Assembly: GCA_050575255.1 (NCBI GenBank)
Contig: JBNZDD010013724.1
Coordinates: 7,857,146 to 7,921,145 of the forward strand
Length of the DNA stretch: 64,000 nt
From: Harriotta raleighana
Taxonomy: Eukaryota
Direction: 5' to 3'
Part shown: positions 37,356-51,344 of the stretch, piece after piece
Layout of the letters: each line of letters opens with the position of its first letter
How positions within the stretch are numbered: the stretch's first letter is position 1
Program-made: the position numbers and the translations under genes
Notes under the pieces: model-generated
The model's database searches: none
Told to the model about the DNA's origin: nothing
What the model saw: the letters and a program-made list of their open reading frames with translations, nothing else

Positions 37356-40300
37356 AAACTGAATGCTAGTGCTTTACTGAAGGAAATGCTGAGTTGCATT
37401 GACACAGATTTGAAAATGACAAGACAGTTGAAAAGCCTCAGTGTGAACTAGTGAATCCTGGCAAAGAAAACACACGTTACACTATTCGTGAAAGGAAACA
37501 GGAACAGAAAAGTCAAACAATGTCATTAAAGTGGATTGAATATTTCTTAAAGGGAAAACTGAATTATTTTTCAGAAAAAAAGCTGATCTAATAATCGAAT
37601 AAAAAAGGCATTTCCCAGAGATATTAAGCCTCTCCCTGCCTCCTTCTGTCATACACTCATCCATACATTACTGCACATTAAATTGTAAAGTGTGTTCAAT
37701 CTTACAAAGTTGTGCCAGAAATATTTACTCCAAGTGGTTTATATTAGATTTAATACAATAATTTTTGAAGAATCCCCAGTTCTTTGTTGGAGCTCTGGTT
37801 AGGTTGGAAGTTAAGACTTTCTAAGTACAGTATATCCATTTGCTATTCCAAGAGGCTCTATACTCAAAGGGAAAACAATAGAAAATGGTTGTGGTGGACA
37901 TGCTGTATTCCTGCTGCATATCCCATCTTCTGTCTCTCGTGCAGTCTCAGCAGAAACAACGGATATTAAAGAGGTCACATCGCTGCTTTGCCAAATGAAA
38001 CAAAACCCATTGCAACAATTTTCTGGGGTACTTTATCTTCGCTCTGACAGAGACTGTGGAGTCAGAAAGCTGACATACAGCAGCAGAGATTTACTGTCCC
38101 TGCTGATGTTCAGCACTAAGATCTTTTAACTGGTATTAGCTCTGCAACCTTTAACGTCAATCAATAGCACAAAAGTACCCTTTCCTATAAGCCATCATTA
38201 GTAAAAGAAGATGCTTCCCTGAGGTTTTGACCTATAGCCCAGTAAAGGAAGTCATGTCCGGGATGACCTTGTCACGGCAGCAGATTAGATTTATTCACTC
38301 ATCCTGCCTCCTTCACTACATCATCAACGTCAAGCACAATTCTAAAAGAGCAGTTTTATATACTGCTTTTTTCACGTTAAGAATTATTGGATGAGTAAAA
38401 AATGTATTAGATCACGCTGGTGGTTCTGTTGCATAACAGTGCTTTCTGTCTGACTCCCTCTCTGCTTTAAAACACAATGCTTTTAGTTCTTCAACTCCCG
38501 TCAATGAACAGGTTTGCCATTTATCTTTGCTGCATTATTTTAACAAATGTATAATCAACATAGATATACTCCTTTAATCTAAGGACACCACACCCTCGTT
38601 TGGTATTTCAGTTCCTCTCTTACAGCATTGCTCTTCACTGTGAATTGCCATTAACCTAAAAGTACAATACAATCTTGGTTCCCGTTGCTGTCTAGCTAGT
38701 TTTGTGTGTTAAAGATGGACCATCTTCCAGGTCTTTAGGTCACCACTAATGCCACTTCTTACACACTTTGCCTGTGATCTATAAAACTATACGTGTGATT
38801 TATGCAGAAAGTGTTGCTGATATCCCTTTGTGGGAGAAGTGAAGTATGCGATTCTTTTTGCATATAGCGTGCAGACAGAAACGTCAATGATTGTTTAGGA
38901 GTCAGACATTTTCACCATTTCATTCATATCACAGCCACGGAGATATTGGCCCCAGAAGACAGCATTAGAACAAGATTCCCCTGGGCCTATGCATGGAAAT
39001 CAATGCATTTAAAACTGCTTCACACAGCCTGGGATTCATTTAACTTGCATCCAAAGTAAGCAGGGACCACTTTATTTAGATTTGTTTTCAATCAAGGTTG
39101 GATAGCATTTTCAAAGCCATTTCATATCCACATTTGGTAAAAATTAAAACACTAATGGATACTGAAGAATATCATCTGCCAATTTAAAATGTTTTATGGA
39201 AACAGGTTAAATATTCCTTAGGTTTGAAAGCAAAAATTGCTTGAAAATGTATCATTGTGTTCCTATCTTTTGACCACATGAACTTGAGGGTATTGATGTG
39301 TAGCTCAAGGGAAAATCAGTTTGACAAACTCTTTTGCACAAGAATGGTGCTTGGTTAACACATGCCTTTGCTCAGCTGTAAGAACCACAGTGAAATTAAA
39401 TACAGTTCATCCAACTGTGTTGGCCAAAGCTTGTGCTGGTGTACAGTGATCCTGCTTGTCTTAGAATGCTGTTTATCACAGAGCTGTGCAAAAGAATGTC
39501 AAAGCTTTTAACGCACCCTCACCTCTTCTACCAAAGACAAAAGGGTAACATGATTTTTTTTAACATGTGCACTTCTGACACAGAATATTGCGGAGAGGAA
39601 TTTGAGAAATGTGCCAAGCACCGAACATCTCTTAATCCATAAAGCTCTTGGAATTAAATTTATGCTGCTTTATATTGAAAGGGTTCTGCACAGCTACTTC
39701 AATTAGAAGCAGCTTTACACATACCCTGAGCTGCCGCATGTATGGAATTCAGCCCATTTGCACGGCGGGGCGCTTTGACAGTATCAAGAGCTGCACAGAA
39801 GCAACACAGAATTGCAAGGTGGTTTAAAAGTTGCTTTTGTGATTTTTGTTTTCTGGGATCAGAATAAAATAACAGCATGGGGAGTACTTCATTAAGACCA
39901 CATTGTTCGTATAATTACAATTTATTCATGCAAGACCACCTTGTTCATATTATTCAGATGAAATCACCTCATCCAGAATAAAATACACGTTAGCGCTTTA
40001 ATTTGTAGGATTGAAGACAGATCTGTACCTCATCTGAAGAGCCAAATTGGCCAGTCAATCATCAGCAATTCTTTGGATATCTGTGCATCTAAAGTTAATA
40101 CATTGACTCTCCATTTACATGCCCCATATATATATATATACACATATAGAAATGCACACAAATATACATATTGGACACACTTGAAATTGAACCCTAAATG
40201 TTCTGATCAAAAGTACTCAACCAATTAAGAGCTACCAAACTTTCCTTGATCTACTTTGGGAGTTTGATAATAGGTCATAATTTGAAAAGAAAACTTTCAA

Positions 40301-41274
40301 TGGTTTGTATAGCCAGATGGCCCACGTCAAATCAAAATGACAGCCAAAAGCAGGAGGAAGTAACCTTCACCTTCCTGCCCAGTTTAGAGGGATGGAAGAA
40401 ACTATTTGGGGCAATAGTTGTGTTGTTTCCTTTCTTTACAACATTCCTGTCAGTTGCTGCTCCCCAAGATTAATAAAGCATACGTGCAGAATAGTGCAAC
40501 AGTGGTGAGGTATTGCGGGACTAATTTCAAGACTCCTTACTGCTCTAGCACTTATGAATTCCATCATTCACATGAATAAATACTCTCCCAACATATCAGC
40601 GGTACAATGCCATAGGTATTTAATAAGGGGCGATTTGAAATTTGTTGCTGTGTTTGACTGGCACATTTAAAGTTTTGTTGGCCCATTAAAAGTTAATTGA
40701 TCATGGATAATCAATGCAATTTAACTTTCACTTCAAGTAATGTTCATCTTCCTGAGGCAAAGTACCATCAATAACATAAACAAGCGTTGGCTGGTGCTAA
40801 ATGCTCTTGTATCCAACTGTAAGCAAAACTGAGGCTTTGTTTAGTATTTAAGTGCCAGGTAATGCTGGCAGTACTGTAGCACGCTATGTGTTTGAAAAAT
40901 GTTTATTTCATGCTGTATGTTATAATGCATGATGGTGGTGGGATGGGGGGTGGAGAAACGAGTCAGAAGACATCAACAACAACAAAATTACACTAAGTGG
41001 AGGCTATGTCAAGCCATGGGAACCTGTGGCTAAGGCTAACAAATAGTTGTTAAAATACTTGTCGCCGAAAATGATAAATGCAATAAATAAAGACTGCGTA
41101 CCGCATCAGTAAAACTTGAAATTTCATCAAATAAATTTGGCTTAACAGTCAAGATAGCGCAAAAATGTTGACTTGTCTAATTTGGAAGACAATTCTCTTC
41201 ATGAACTGTGGAAAACAAACTGAAAGGAACGTCTTTTTTGAGAGTTTGTTCAATGTGTTATCATCTTTGAGGAG

Positions 41275-41648
41275 GAATAATAATAAAAATAATTCTTGCA
41301 TTTCGCTTTTCACATCTTCTCAACGTCTCAAAGCACTTCACAGAATATACTGTAAAGTGAATTGACTGTATTTGTGGGCGAAACACAGCAAANCAGAATA
41401 TACTGTAAAGTGAATTGACTGTATTTGTGGGCGAAACATGGCAACCAATTGTGCACAGCAGTGTCCGCACAAACAGTTGTGGATTGAAATGACCAATTTT
41501 TATTATTGTGGGTTTTTTGGATGGATTATTATCAGTTGTGTGTGTGGAGTAAGGAAACTTGCCCAAGGTTTCGCCCTGAACCTGCCTGGAATCGAACACA
41601 GGTCTCACGCTTGTAAATCGAGTACTCTAACCACTGAGCTACAGTAGC
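41275..41648 (-). mobile_element. Short tRNA/Deu SINE, full length and well preserved (contains a small false duplication at N 41393)
   Basis: Minus-strand head tgtagctcagtggttagagtactcgatttacaagcgtgagacctgtgttcgattccaggcagg, then the Deu-like segment and L2 tail. Confidence 0.9.
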
Positions 41649-42509
41649 TACGTTTGTTACTCGTGTTTGACCAAGAAAGGCCTCACCATCACTGAACAGG
41701 CCCTGAACCAGCCCAGAGTTTAATCCCTGCCGTTGTTAGCGGAGGAAATGCCACACACACAGTAAATCGTCTCCCACAAAAAAAAAAAATTCTGAGATAA
41801 ATTCAATAAGATTTTCTCCCCAGATTACTGGGCGCAGTTGGGATTCAAGGAATTCTCAAGTTGGGTTTGAAGACTTTTAAGCAATAATGATGGGTTTCTG
41901 TATGTGTGTGTGAGTGTAATCCAGCCCCCACTTATTGAACGTTGAAATTAGTTTTTCCAATTACAAAATTCCCATTAGAACTCAATTACAAATTGTCATA
42001 ATGAACTTGAAAATGACAGTGCTACAGTCAAGGAAGCTTCACTTTTAAAGTTAGTTTTCCCTGACAGAGAGTGTATGGTGCTGACACTGGTTCAAGATCG
42101 CTGAAATGTTTCACTCTCAGCACCAGCAATCTCTGAAATGATGAGCACAAAATGTACTTCTATATTAAAAAAATGTTGACAGAACTCTTGCTGGAATCCT
42201 GCAGACTTCAGAAATGTTCTCATGTCTATGTCACTTGGAATGAAAACCTCAACTAACATGACAGGAAATGAATTCACTCTTTTCCAGCAATCTATCCACT
42301 CCTGGTTTTTGGGATGTTTTGATATGCTCTACATAGAAACCCGAATGGGAATGCCCAGGATTACAGTGGTTTACAATGCCTCACCTATCATCATCAAAAT
42401 ATGACATTTCTACAAAACAATTTAAGAGCTTTCTATGTTTTGAAAAATATTTATAGTCTTTTACCAACATTCGGAATTCAACAAATCATTGAATTATCGT
42501 TTCCAGGTG

Positions 42510-42685
42510 TGATAAAATCCAGTCTGAAGACCTTCCTCTTCAACTATGCCTTCAGCCACATTCCCATGCCCTCCTTCACTTCTGACTCAAACTCCCAGCT
42601 TGGATCCAAAATTCCTAATTGTCCACCACCCTGGGCATCCTTCCATCATGAAGGCCCTTATACAAGTGTAATTTATTGTTGTTAA
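42510..42685 (+). mobile_element. L2 3' end, decayed
   Basis: KSSLKTFLFNYAF (L2 ORF2 C-terminus) followed by a tail ending in attgttgtt. Confidence 0.65.
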
Positions 42686-44587
42686 GATCAGCCTGTTGGA
42701 TCTTTTTACTCTATTTGAAGTGGACATGCTGTGAAACTGGATGTACAACTGAACCATCGATTTAGTTTTCTCTAATTGTCTAAAGCACTATTTGGGAACA
42801 CAAGCAAGGTGATAGAACATGCATATGACACCAGCCTCACAAGGTGAGCGATTGCTTCTGTGTAGAGGGCAAAATAATGTTAATATCCCCAGCTAATAAA
42901 TTTGTGTTAACTTGATGGAGATGGGTCTCCAATGACTCAAGCCCTTTCAAGCCAATAATGTAAAGCACATCTCAAGACATGTCTATTTGCCTTGTACTCC
43001 AGATGTGGAAGGGAAATAGCAACAATTAATAAAGGAGAGTTTCAATACTTGTGACAACAAGTGCACAAGGTCACAGAACAACACTTCCAGGAATAGGAAC
43101 CAGCAACCAGATGATTCACAGATCAAGTGGTACAAACCATTGTAGTCCATTGCCTGCTAACAAACCACATTGCTGAATCAAGAGCCTTTTGACGGATACC
43201 GACATTGTCCAACAACTTGCAAAGTAAGATGTATAAAATCTCCAACAAACTCTTATCTAAAAAACAAGACTGTCTGAGCACAGCTGGGACTCTTGTCATT
43301 CACTGCCTCTAAATTATTAATAACTGCTGACCTTTTCCCTTTTCCATTTCATGCTCATACACTGCTTGACATTTCTCATTCTGACTGATCTTACAAAGCT
43401 TGCTCAACCAAAGATATATTTCCAGGTCAAATGCCCCTATATCTGGTCTAACATAAAGACAAATCGAATGACCCAACAAATCCCTAAACACATTCCCAAA
43501 GAGTTGGTTTGTTCATTTGTTGCTGAAATAATTACAGTAATTGCTTCAGTGCAGCGCAGGTGACATGTGACATTCAATGAGTGACTGTTCATTATACCGA
43601 AAGTATGGAACTTCCGGTCTCAATGTAGGGGTGCTGATAGTTACAGCCTTGTGATTTCCAAGAAACATCCTGACATATTCAATACCCTGGCCTCTCTGTA
43701 ACCGCACTGTAACTAATTCCCCAGGTACCTGCCATAAGTAGTGGACTGTCCCTAATACGAAGGCATTTGCCATTACAGGTGGTACTTTATACCTTTATAC
43801 CAAGAGCTGTTGTTTCCAGTGGAAGGTACATAATGCTCCAAGGGCTGGTAATATTGAAAAGGACTCCATTTAACAAAAGTCCTGGATTTTCCAGAGGAAA
43901 TGATTATATCTCAATTACTTCACCATTTCCACCAAGGCTGGGTTGCTGGACTAAAAAAAATTCTTCCGTCAGCGTGTGGCACCTGCACGCATCACTGCAC
44001 TATTCCCCACTACAGAAGCTGCTATAATATTCATGAGACCAACATAAAAGCAAATGATTTCAAGACTGCAGTGTGGGAGAGCTTGGAAACATATGAATCA
44101 ATTTGTACATTAAGTACAAATTGGTGGCTGAAAATGGAACACATGGCCTGCACATGTACTGCATACATGACATTCCTGCCAGACACGGATACAGTCACAG
44201 ACCCTAGGGATCTGCTGTTTTAATCATCAGATGGACAATGCAATTATAGGAATGTTTGAATTGGAGACTCTTATTATCCTATTGTAAATATTTTCATAGT
44301 TCCAGTTAGCAGTCTTCAGGAAATTAGATAAAGGGAGCATAGCATTAAAGCAAAAACGTTCAGCCTTTTGAAACAGGACCGAGCATTATCTGGACCTAAA
44401 AGTAAAGGACTAGAGGCCCCTATGTCTAGGGTTGAAAGAATGGGATCAGATGTGGACCTTTGTTCTATCTCCTCAACTTTCATTGCACTCTAGTGAATGG
44501 CGAACACAACCAGTTTAGTTTGATGCCACTTCTTAGTGTGAGGTGCAACACAAGCTTGTCTAGCAATCGTTACCTTAGCTCAGCAGA

Positions 44588-44850
44588 TATTAACAATCTT
44601 TGCATTTGAGTGCCTTAAGACGGCGTTGTTCAGCCGTCTCAAAGCCAGAATATGTACAGAATATATTGTAAACTGTGCATTTTATGAACGAAACTCAGCA
44701 GTCAATTGCGCATAGCGGTGTCGCACTAACAATCGTGGATTTTTTGACCATTTATTACCGCCAACAAGCAATCCTCCAATCGACTGACAACCGGGTTCCT
44801 ACTTAATGCTAGATAAATAGGGGCATGTGGATGATGAATAAGATGAGGAA
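44588..44850 (-). mobile_element. Deu-type SINE fragment
   Basis: tctttgcatttga...gtctcaaagc...cagaatatattgtaaa...gtcaattgcgcatagcggtgtcgcac. Confidence 0.65.
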
Positions 44851-45184
44851 CCTTTCTATAGTATGTTCCAAGTACCTGTCAAACCCAGAGTAGTTTTGGT
44901 GGCACCATGTGTGGTTGGAAATGTGCTGCTGCTGACAGTGATAGTAAATTCATGAGAACCTAGCTTGGAAAAACAATGCTAGCCTGCATATTTTCACAGG
45001 ATGATGAGAGCAATTGACTCTTTATAATGGGAAATAAAGAAATAGGAAATTGTTTTTTTAACAATCAGTGTAATCATAGTCCGTACCCCTGCCCTCCAAC
45101 CTCAATCTTCACATCACTTACAACTCGGTATACTTTTCCAGTGAAATCCTGTGAAGCGTTCAGATGTTCTCCCAATGTAAAAAA

Positions 45185-46690
45185 CAACATTGACAACTTG
45201 CACTTATATAGTACCCTCCACACAGGGTAGAGTCTCAGAGTCTGGTCTACGTAAGTAGGCGGACAGCAGAGTTCTGAAAGAACTGGATTTTTTGAATAGT
45301 GGAAAAGGGTAGACTGGTGAGGAGTGTGTTTGAGTAATCCAGTGGGAAGTAAAAAACGCATTCATGAGAGTTTTGGCTGCATTTGGGTTGAGGTATGGTC
45401 GGAGGCGGGCAAAGGCATTACCTGAAAATGAGGAAGGAGGAGGCAAGGCGAAGGAAGTGAAGCAAGGAGTTTGGGGGCATAGTGGCTGAAGGCATGGCTG
45501 CTGATGGTGGAACAGAGTATTCGGGGGACAAGGAGGATGCCAGACCAAGTCGGGCGAAGGCTGGTATTTCTGTGAGGAGAGGGGTAGTTAGAAAGATAAG
45601 GAGTTGCAGAGGAGTGGAGGGATTTGAACACAAGAGTGAGGATCTTGAAATTGATTCGCTCTGAGTCAGGGAACCAGTGAAGTCTGGCAAGGACTGGGGT
45701 AATTGGGGAGCAAAGTTTGGTTCAGGTGAGAATGTGGGTTGTGGAATTTTGAATGAGCTGGATTTTGTGAATGGTGGCAGAGGGGAGACTGGCAAGGAGG
45801 GCATTGGACTACTCCAGCCGAGAGGTGACAAAGGCATGGATCAGGGTTTTGGCAGCTTTAGGGGTGAGATATTGACGGAGACAGGCAATGTGACGGAGAT
45901 GGAAAAAGGCAGGTGAGGGACTGGATATGGTGGTGGAAGGATAATTGGGGGTCGAAACTGACGCCTAGGTTGTGTATGGGTTTGGAGGGTTTTAGGGGCA
46001 GGTCGAGTAGGTGGAGGAGCTGAGAGCTGTGGAACTGAGCTGTGAGAGCTGAAGACATCGATGAGAGCTAAAGAGTATGCCTTCTATCTTGTCAACATTT
46101 AACTGCAGGAAATTTGCGCTCATCCAGCTCTTGATGCCCGACAGACAAGCTGACAGAATATTAGGGGAATGGAGGTTGCAATTTGAAGTGGAAAAGTAGA
46201 GTTGGGTGTCATTTGCATACATGTGGAAGTTTACCCTATGTTTGCAGATGACATCACCAAGAAGGAGCATGTAGATAAGGAAGAGAAAGGGGTCAAGGAT
46301 GGATCTTTGGGGTAGCCCGCAGGTAACTTGGCGAATGCAAGTAGTGGCTAGGGCTTGAGGGATCTAGGTTTTTTTAAGGAGGGGGCTTATGACAGCGGTT
46401 TTGAGGGGAGCAGGAGTGATCCTGAGGAGAGGGTCTGATTTATGATGTCTGCTAGCAGTGGGCAGAGGAGAGGGAGCTGAGGGATCAGCACATTCGTGGG
46501 AAGGGGGTCAAGGCAGCATTTGGTGGGTTTTATAGTGGTGATGGTAGATGAGAGGGAGGAAGGAAAGATGGGAAAGAAAGAATGTAGGGTGGGAGTCATG
46601 GTAGGAGCTGATGATAGGATGGGTGAGGGAGAAGGAATGGGGGTGGTGGTGGGCGACAAGAGGCAGGAGGATGAGGTTGCTAGGTGATAA
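45185..46690 (-). mobile_element. L2 LINE, longest copy, with a decayed RT domain
   Basis: Peptides KPTKCCLDPLPT, FHMYANDTQLY (YADD-equivalent), IKSWMSANFLQLN and NLGVSFDPQLSF, with frameshifts. 3' tail at about 45190-45240. Confidence 0.95.
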
Positions 46691-47924
46691 ACACTATATA
46701 AAACACAAGGATTATTATTATACAGTATTATTAGAATTGTAATTCTATCAATCCTGAATCTTTCATTGTGATACGCTGAGTAACTTGTCTCTTTCAGATA
46801 GCAGCTCGCTATCACAGATGAAATGTATTCACTGAGACATCTCGGCTACTCTGTGGCTATTGAAAAGCCTGGATTAATGTATTGAAAATAAAACAGGCTA
46901 TCTAACTGCTGATGCCATTTAAAATTCAGCTATAAACTTGCTGACTGGTGAATACAACTGAACTCGATAGAATAAAATGAAAATAACCTTCAAGAACAGC
47001 TCAAGGCAATATATTACTGTCCTATGCTGTAATAAAACCACTGAGACTTTCTCATGTACTGTAATAAAATGAAATTGTATCAGGCTCATTAAAAAAACTT
47101 TCTAAAATTAAAAATGTTTCAAAAAGCTAATTTGTTATTGTAGTAGCCAGCAATGCTTCTAATTTTATTTACAGACATACTGTGGTAATCGGATTTATGT
47201 GGAAACATTAATCCTCGTCTTTCACTGACTGTGAATCATTTAAACCTAATTCATTATGCACACACAAACATGATCTGTCCATTGCAAAGTCCTGAGTCTG
47301 CAGGGAGATGGGTGCTTATCCTGTAAGACAAGCATAATTCCACGTGTGGGATCCTTAGTCCATGCCAATGAATTGTGGCTTCCAACAACAACCTCAACAC
47401 ACACAGTGCAGTGTTAATCACTCAATACTCAGATTTCCTGGTTGTATTACTCTTGTGCTATGAAACACTGGGGCTGGTTTTCCAACTTGTGCTGTCATGC
47501 CCTGTGCTGGCCAGTCATGAATGCCTTTTCAAACTTAGCTACAAATATGAACTTTTGTTTAGCGTTGCAAGGTACAAAATAGAAAGCTTGTCTGGGGCAA
47601 ATGGGATAAGAGACAATCGTTCAATTGAGAAATGTCCTCAAACATGGAACACATGCAACCTCTGACCTCCTAACATAATTCTGTCAATTAATTCTCATAA
47701 ACCAATACTAAGCACTAAATAATAGCAAGATTTTGCAATCCCCTTTATTCTTAGTGAAATTTTCCAACTTTACACAATGTCTGTCTATCATAAAGGTAGC
47801 TCGTTTTATTAAGACTAAATTTACCTCCCATATAACCTACATTTAAATCAACCTGCTAAGCCCACACTTCATTTGGTAAAAATTACAACAAAATTACATT
47901 GCATTATAGGCATATGTTTTGGGC

Positions 47925-48135
47925 TAGAGTTGGGGGTTTGGATCAGGAAGAATGTAAAGAGGGTGTCCAAAAGCACAGTCGAAGTGAAGGGTCTTGAACG
48001 GATCTTGAAGGTGGCAAGGGAGGGGACAAGGCAGAGGGACTGTGGGATGAAGTTCCGAAGATGGGGGCAGAGTGGTTTAAAGCTCGCCCACCAGTATGAA
48101 ATGTCTGAGTTGAAGAAGCGAGCAGGTTAGTAGTG
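47925..48135 (-). mobile_element. L2 3' fragment, decayed
   Basis: gaagtgaagggtcttgaacggatcttgaaggtggcaagggagg...gatgaagttccga resembles 20025-20110. Confidence 0.65.
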
Positions 48136-50729
48136 GATTAGGGGGTTGCAGAGGTGGGGGGGGGGAAGATACCCTGGATGATCCGAGGCAGGAGGGTTCT
48201 GTCAGAATGGTTCCCCCCTCATCAAAGGTCGCAGAGGAATTGGTCTCTCCAGCTTATTTGGCAAAGACTGGAAAGACAGAAATTTGTTCCACAAACAATG
48301 TCTGGAGTGCCTTGTAGTTTATTTATAAAGGCTTAGTTAAAAATAAAAAGAGTCATGAGAGTGATTTACAGGCAAGTAGCTTACCATGCACTGTACTCAA
48401 CCTGTATGTGCTGCCTCCCTTAAATCAGTGTCCTCTGAATAACACTCCTGCTTCCCAAGCACTTGTATTATTCAGAGACTCGAGATCCTTCCTCCTTTAG
48501 GACTGAGGAACTCAGACAGATTAAAAACAACCCACGCCTAGCTCAGCGCTCTCAATTTGTATCAGTTTGTATCAGTCAACAAATGACTTTACTTAAAAAC
48601 TACCTGTATGTCATTCTCATTTGATGAGAGGTCCCTGTCTACCATGATGGGCAAAAGCCACAGATTCTCCTAGACACAGAGCTGCAGGAGTGACTGAAGT
48701 CTTTAACATACTGATCCCCATGATCTTTTAAACTCAGGCGCAATGTTTATGAAATTAAGAACAAATATCTATCGGCCAAGTGTAACCCTAGGATCTGTGG
48801 GGATTTGAATGTAGGAGTGCACTGTGGCCAATAAAACAAACCAAATCCAGATGATTATGTAGAGATCACAGGGCTGTCAGGAATTTAGGAACAGGCAGAG
48901 TAAGTCATTTCTCATCTGGATCTGCTTCTCTACATTTACCTCCTCTGCAATGTCCCCAGACATTTGATGCTGGCTCACTCACTGACGGCAGACAGAGTTG
49001 TGGAAGTGCTGAGAGATGAATATTAAAAGATTTGCTGTAGTCAGAATCCTAAGAGTTCTTTTATTGTTACAATTACACACCACAGTATGTTCTTTGGGGG
49101 TGAATCCTGAATTAAAGTTTGATTTTACTGTCGCTTTGGTGCATTAAATTCCATCACCCACCAACATGATGAGCTTTTCTCACAGCCTTTCCGAGGGCTG
49201 CTCTTTCAGTCAGGAATCCATTTGTGAAGTGCATTCTAAAAATCATATTTGCATGTCACTCTCACTATTGTGCAATCTGTTATGCCTAATGCAATTTATT
49301 AGAGAATAAATCTGTACTAAGCAATTTTTACTGACAGATATGAGGGGGAGGCGGGAAAGTAGTAGAAATAGCATTGCTTTTTTTCCTCTTTATAGTGCTG
49401 GGAATGTCACTTGATGTTCATGTATCGATCTATATGTATTCCATTGGCAGTCCTGTGCTGTTAGTGGTGCCCATGAAATTAGCAGTGTTGAGAGGCCACT
49501 AGCCTGGTCTTGGGGGCAGAATGCAGAGACTAGCATTGAATTTCGTCCTATAAACAAGTGCAACAGGGGCTATTTTTACCCTCACTTAGTTATTCATATT
49601 ACAAATAGACAAATATTAATAATATTACTGCTTGCATTTGATATAGTGTAATTCGCATCAGGAAACAACTCAAAGCACTTCAGAAGGTTTATTGCAAAGT
49701 GTAGTGACTGTATTTTACAGGCGAAGGCGGCAGTCAATTGGTATACCGCAATATCTGTCACATCAATGACGAATAACAAAATGGGAGCTAAGTCTTAAGA
49801 AAGTAGAAATATTCTTTGCACCAAAAAAAACTATTTCTGGAACTCAGAAACAAGCAGCAAGGAGATTCATTCATGGCCTTTACCATGCGCTGTCCCCACT
49901 TGCTGATACATTTGCATTAATGTAATTAAAAATAAGCAGCTGGATGTCAGGAAAGAAAATAAGACAAATATTCCATTAAATGGAATGTGTGACTTTTTTT
50001 TAAATGTCTTTTTAATCTTTGATAATACTGCCCTGATTACTGAAGAAATGAAGGCTATCCTTTAATTACAGGCACAGTTGATAGGATGAAAATCTCTAAT
50101 GGCTGTAGGACTGCTATGTACTGTATAATGACTGAAAGGACAGGGCTAATCCACACAGCACGGTCTAATCCCCCGAATGGTCTGCATCACCAAATAAATT
50201 GAATTAAAATCTCCAAAAGTCCTACTCAAGGTGCACAGTACCTTAGCAAGACCCCACTTGGTGAATGGCAGACACTTCTAGTCACCGCAACATTAAAGGG
50301 GCACTCAAGCTCTACAACAACAGCAGCAACAACAACAACTTTGATTTATATCGCGCCCTCCATGCCGGACGGCGTCTCAGAGCGCTTAAGTTCTAGGAGT
50401 TGAGGAGACCAAGTCACTGGTGTGACCATCCCCCAAAACTCTGGCGCAATTATTTTGTTGTTGCATTCGGAGTTAAGACAGTATCCCACAATCAGAAAGT
50501 CAACCACATGCCAGAAATCCATGGAGACCAATGGCAGCTTCAGATTCAACCAATGTGTCAGAATCCGGGTGTGTGTGTAAATGCGGAGGGGGGGGTCACA
50601 TTCATGGCAGAATATTCTGAGATATTTATCACCAGTGCTAATTCACACATCATAGGTTGCGGTATTTCGCCCAAAGCAATAGCCAGCAGCTGTGGCAAGT
50701 CTAGCCATATAATGCCTTATAATGCCAAA

Positions 50730-51180
50730 AGCAACACTGCAGAACACTTCAGTCATCTAAATAAATCCTACACTCCTTCAGTTCTTTGTATACCTCAATT
50801 AACCAAATAACTATCTAATTTTCTCTTGAACTTGCTGACACAATCTTCTTCCACCACCTCCTGTGGTGTTCATGAAATCTAAACGGTCTCTTCCCTTCCC
50901 TTTTCCAATCTTGAAATTTGCATTCAACTTTGTGCAGAAATTGTGACTACTTTAAACATATCAGAGTTCAGTTTACGTATATCCTTCAGATTTCAAATGT
51001 TTCAATAAAAAGCCATCTCTTCTCTAGTGTGAACGTTCCCATCTTCTGCAGCCGCCACTTGTAACTGATGCCCAATTCCATCAACAGTATTAATTTAGTT
51101 ACCTTCTATTGTACCTTCTTCCAATTCCATTCTGTGTGCATATGGTGTCATAGCTTCATGCCCCGTCCCAGCAGAAGCAA
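50730..51180 (-). mobile_element. Old CR1 3' fragment
   Basis: ctatctaattttctcttgaa...ttccaccacctcctgtgg...ttagttaccttctattgtaccttctt, typical antisense CR1 ORF2 C-terminus. Confidence 0.5.
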
Positions 51181-51344
51181 TTTTGAATCACAACAAATCT
51201 GATATTAACTGAATCCAGCAGATCCGTGCTAATTCCTGATTGTGCATGACAGACACCAGCAAAGCCAAATATTAGCCAACAATGCCTCTGTCCAAAGAAT
51301 GTGCTCAATGCAACTTCTTTGAAAATCTGAACAACAACAGCAAC

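Noticed and set aside
41575-41648. tRNA-like sequences with A and B boxes (also at about 3120-3188, 36660-36725, 51880-51950 and 55570-55634)
   Set aside because: They lack an intact acceptor stem and are attached to SINE bodies and tails, so they are SINE heads rather than tRNA genes.
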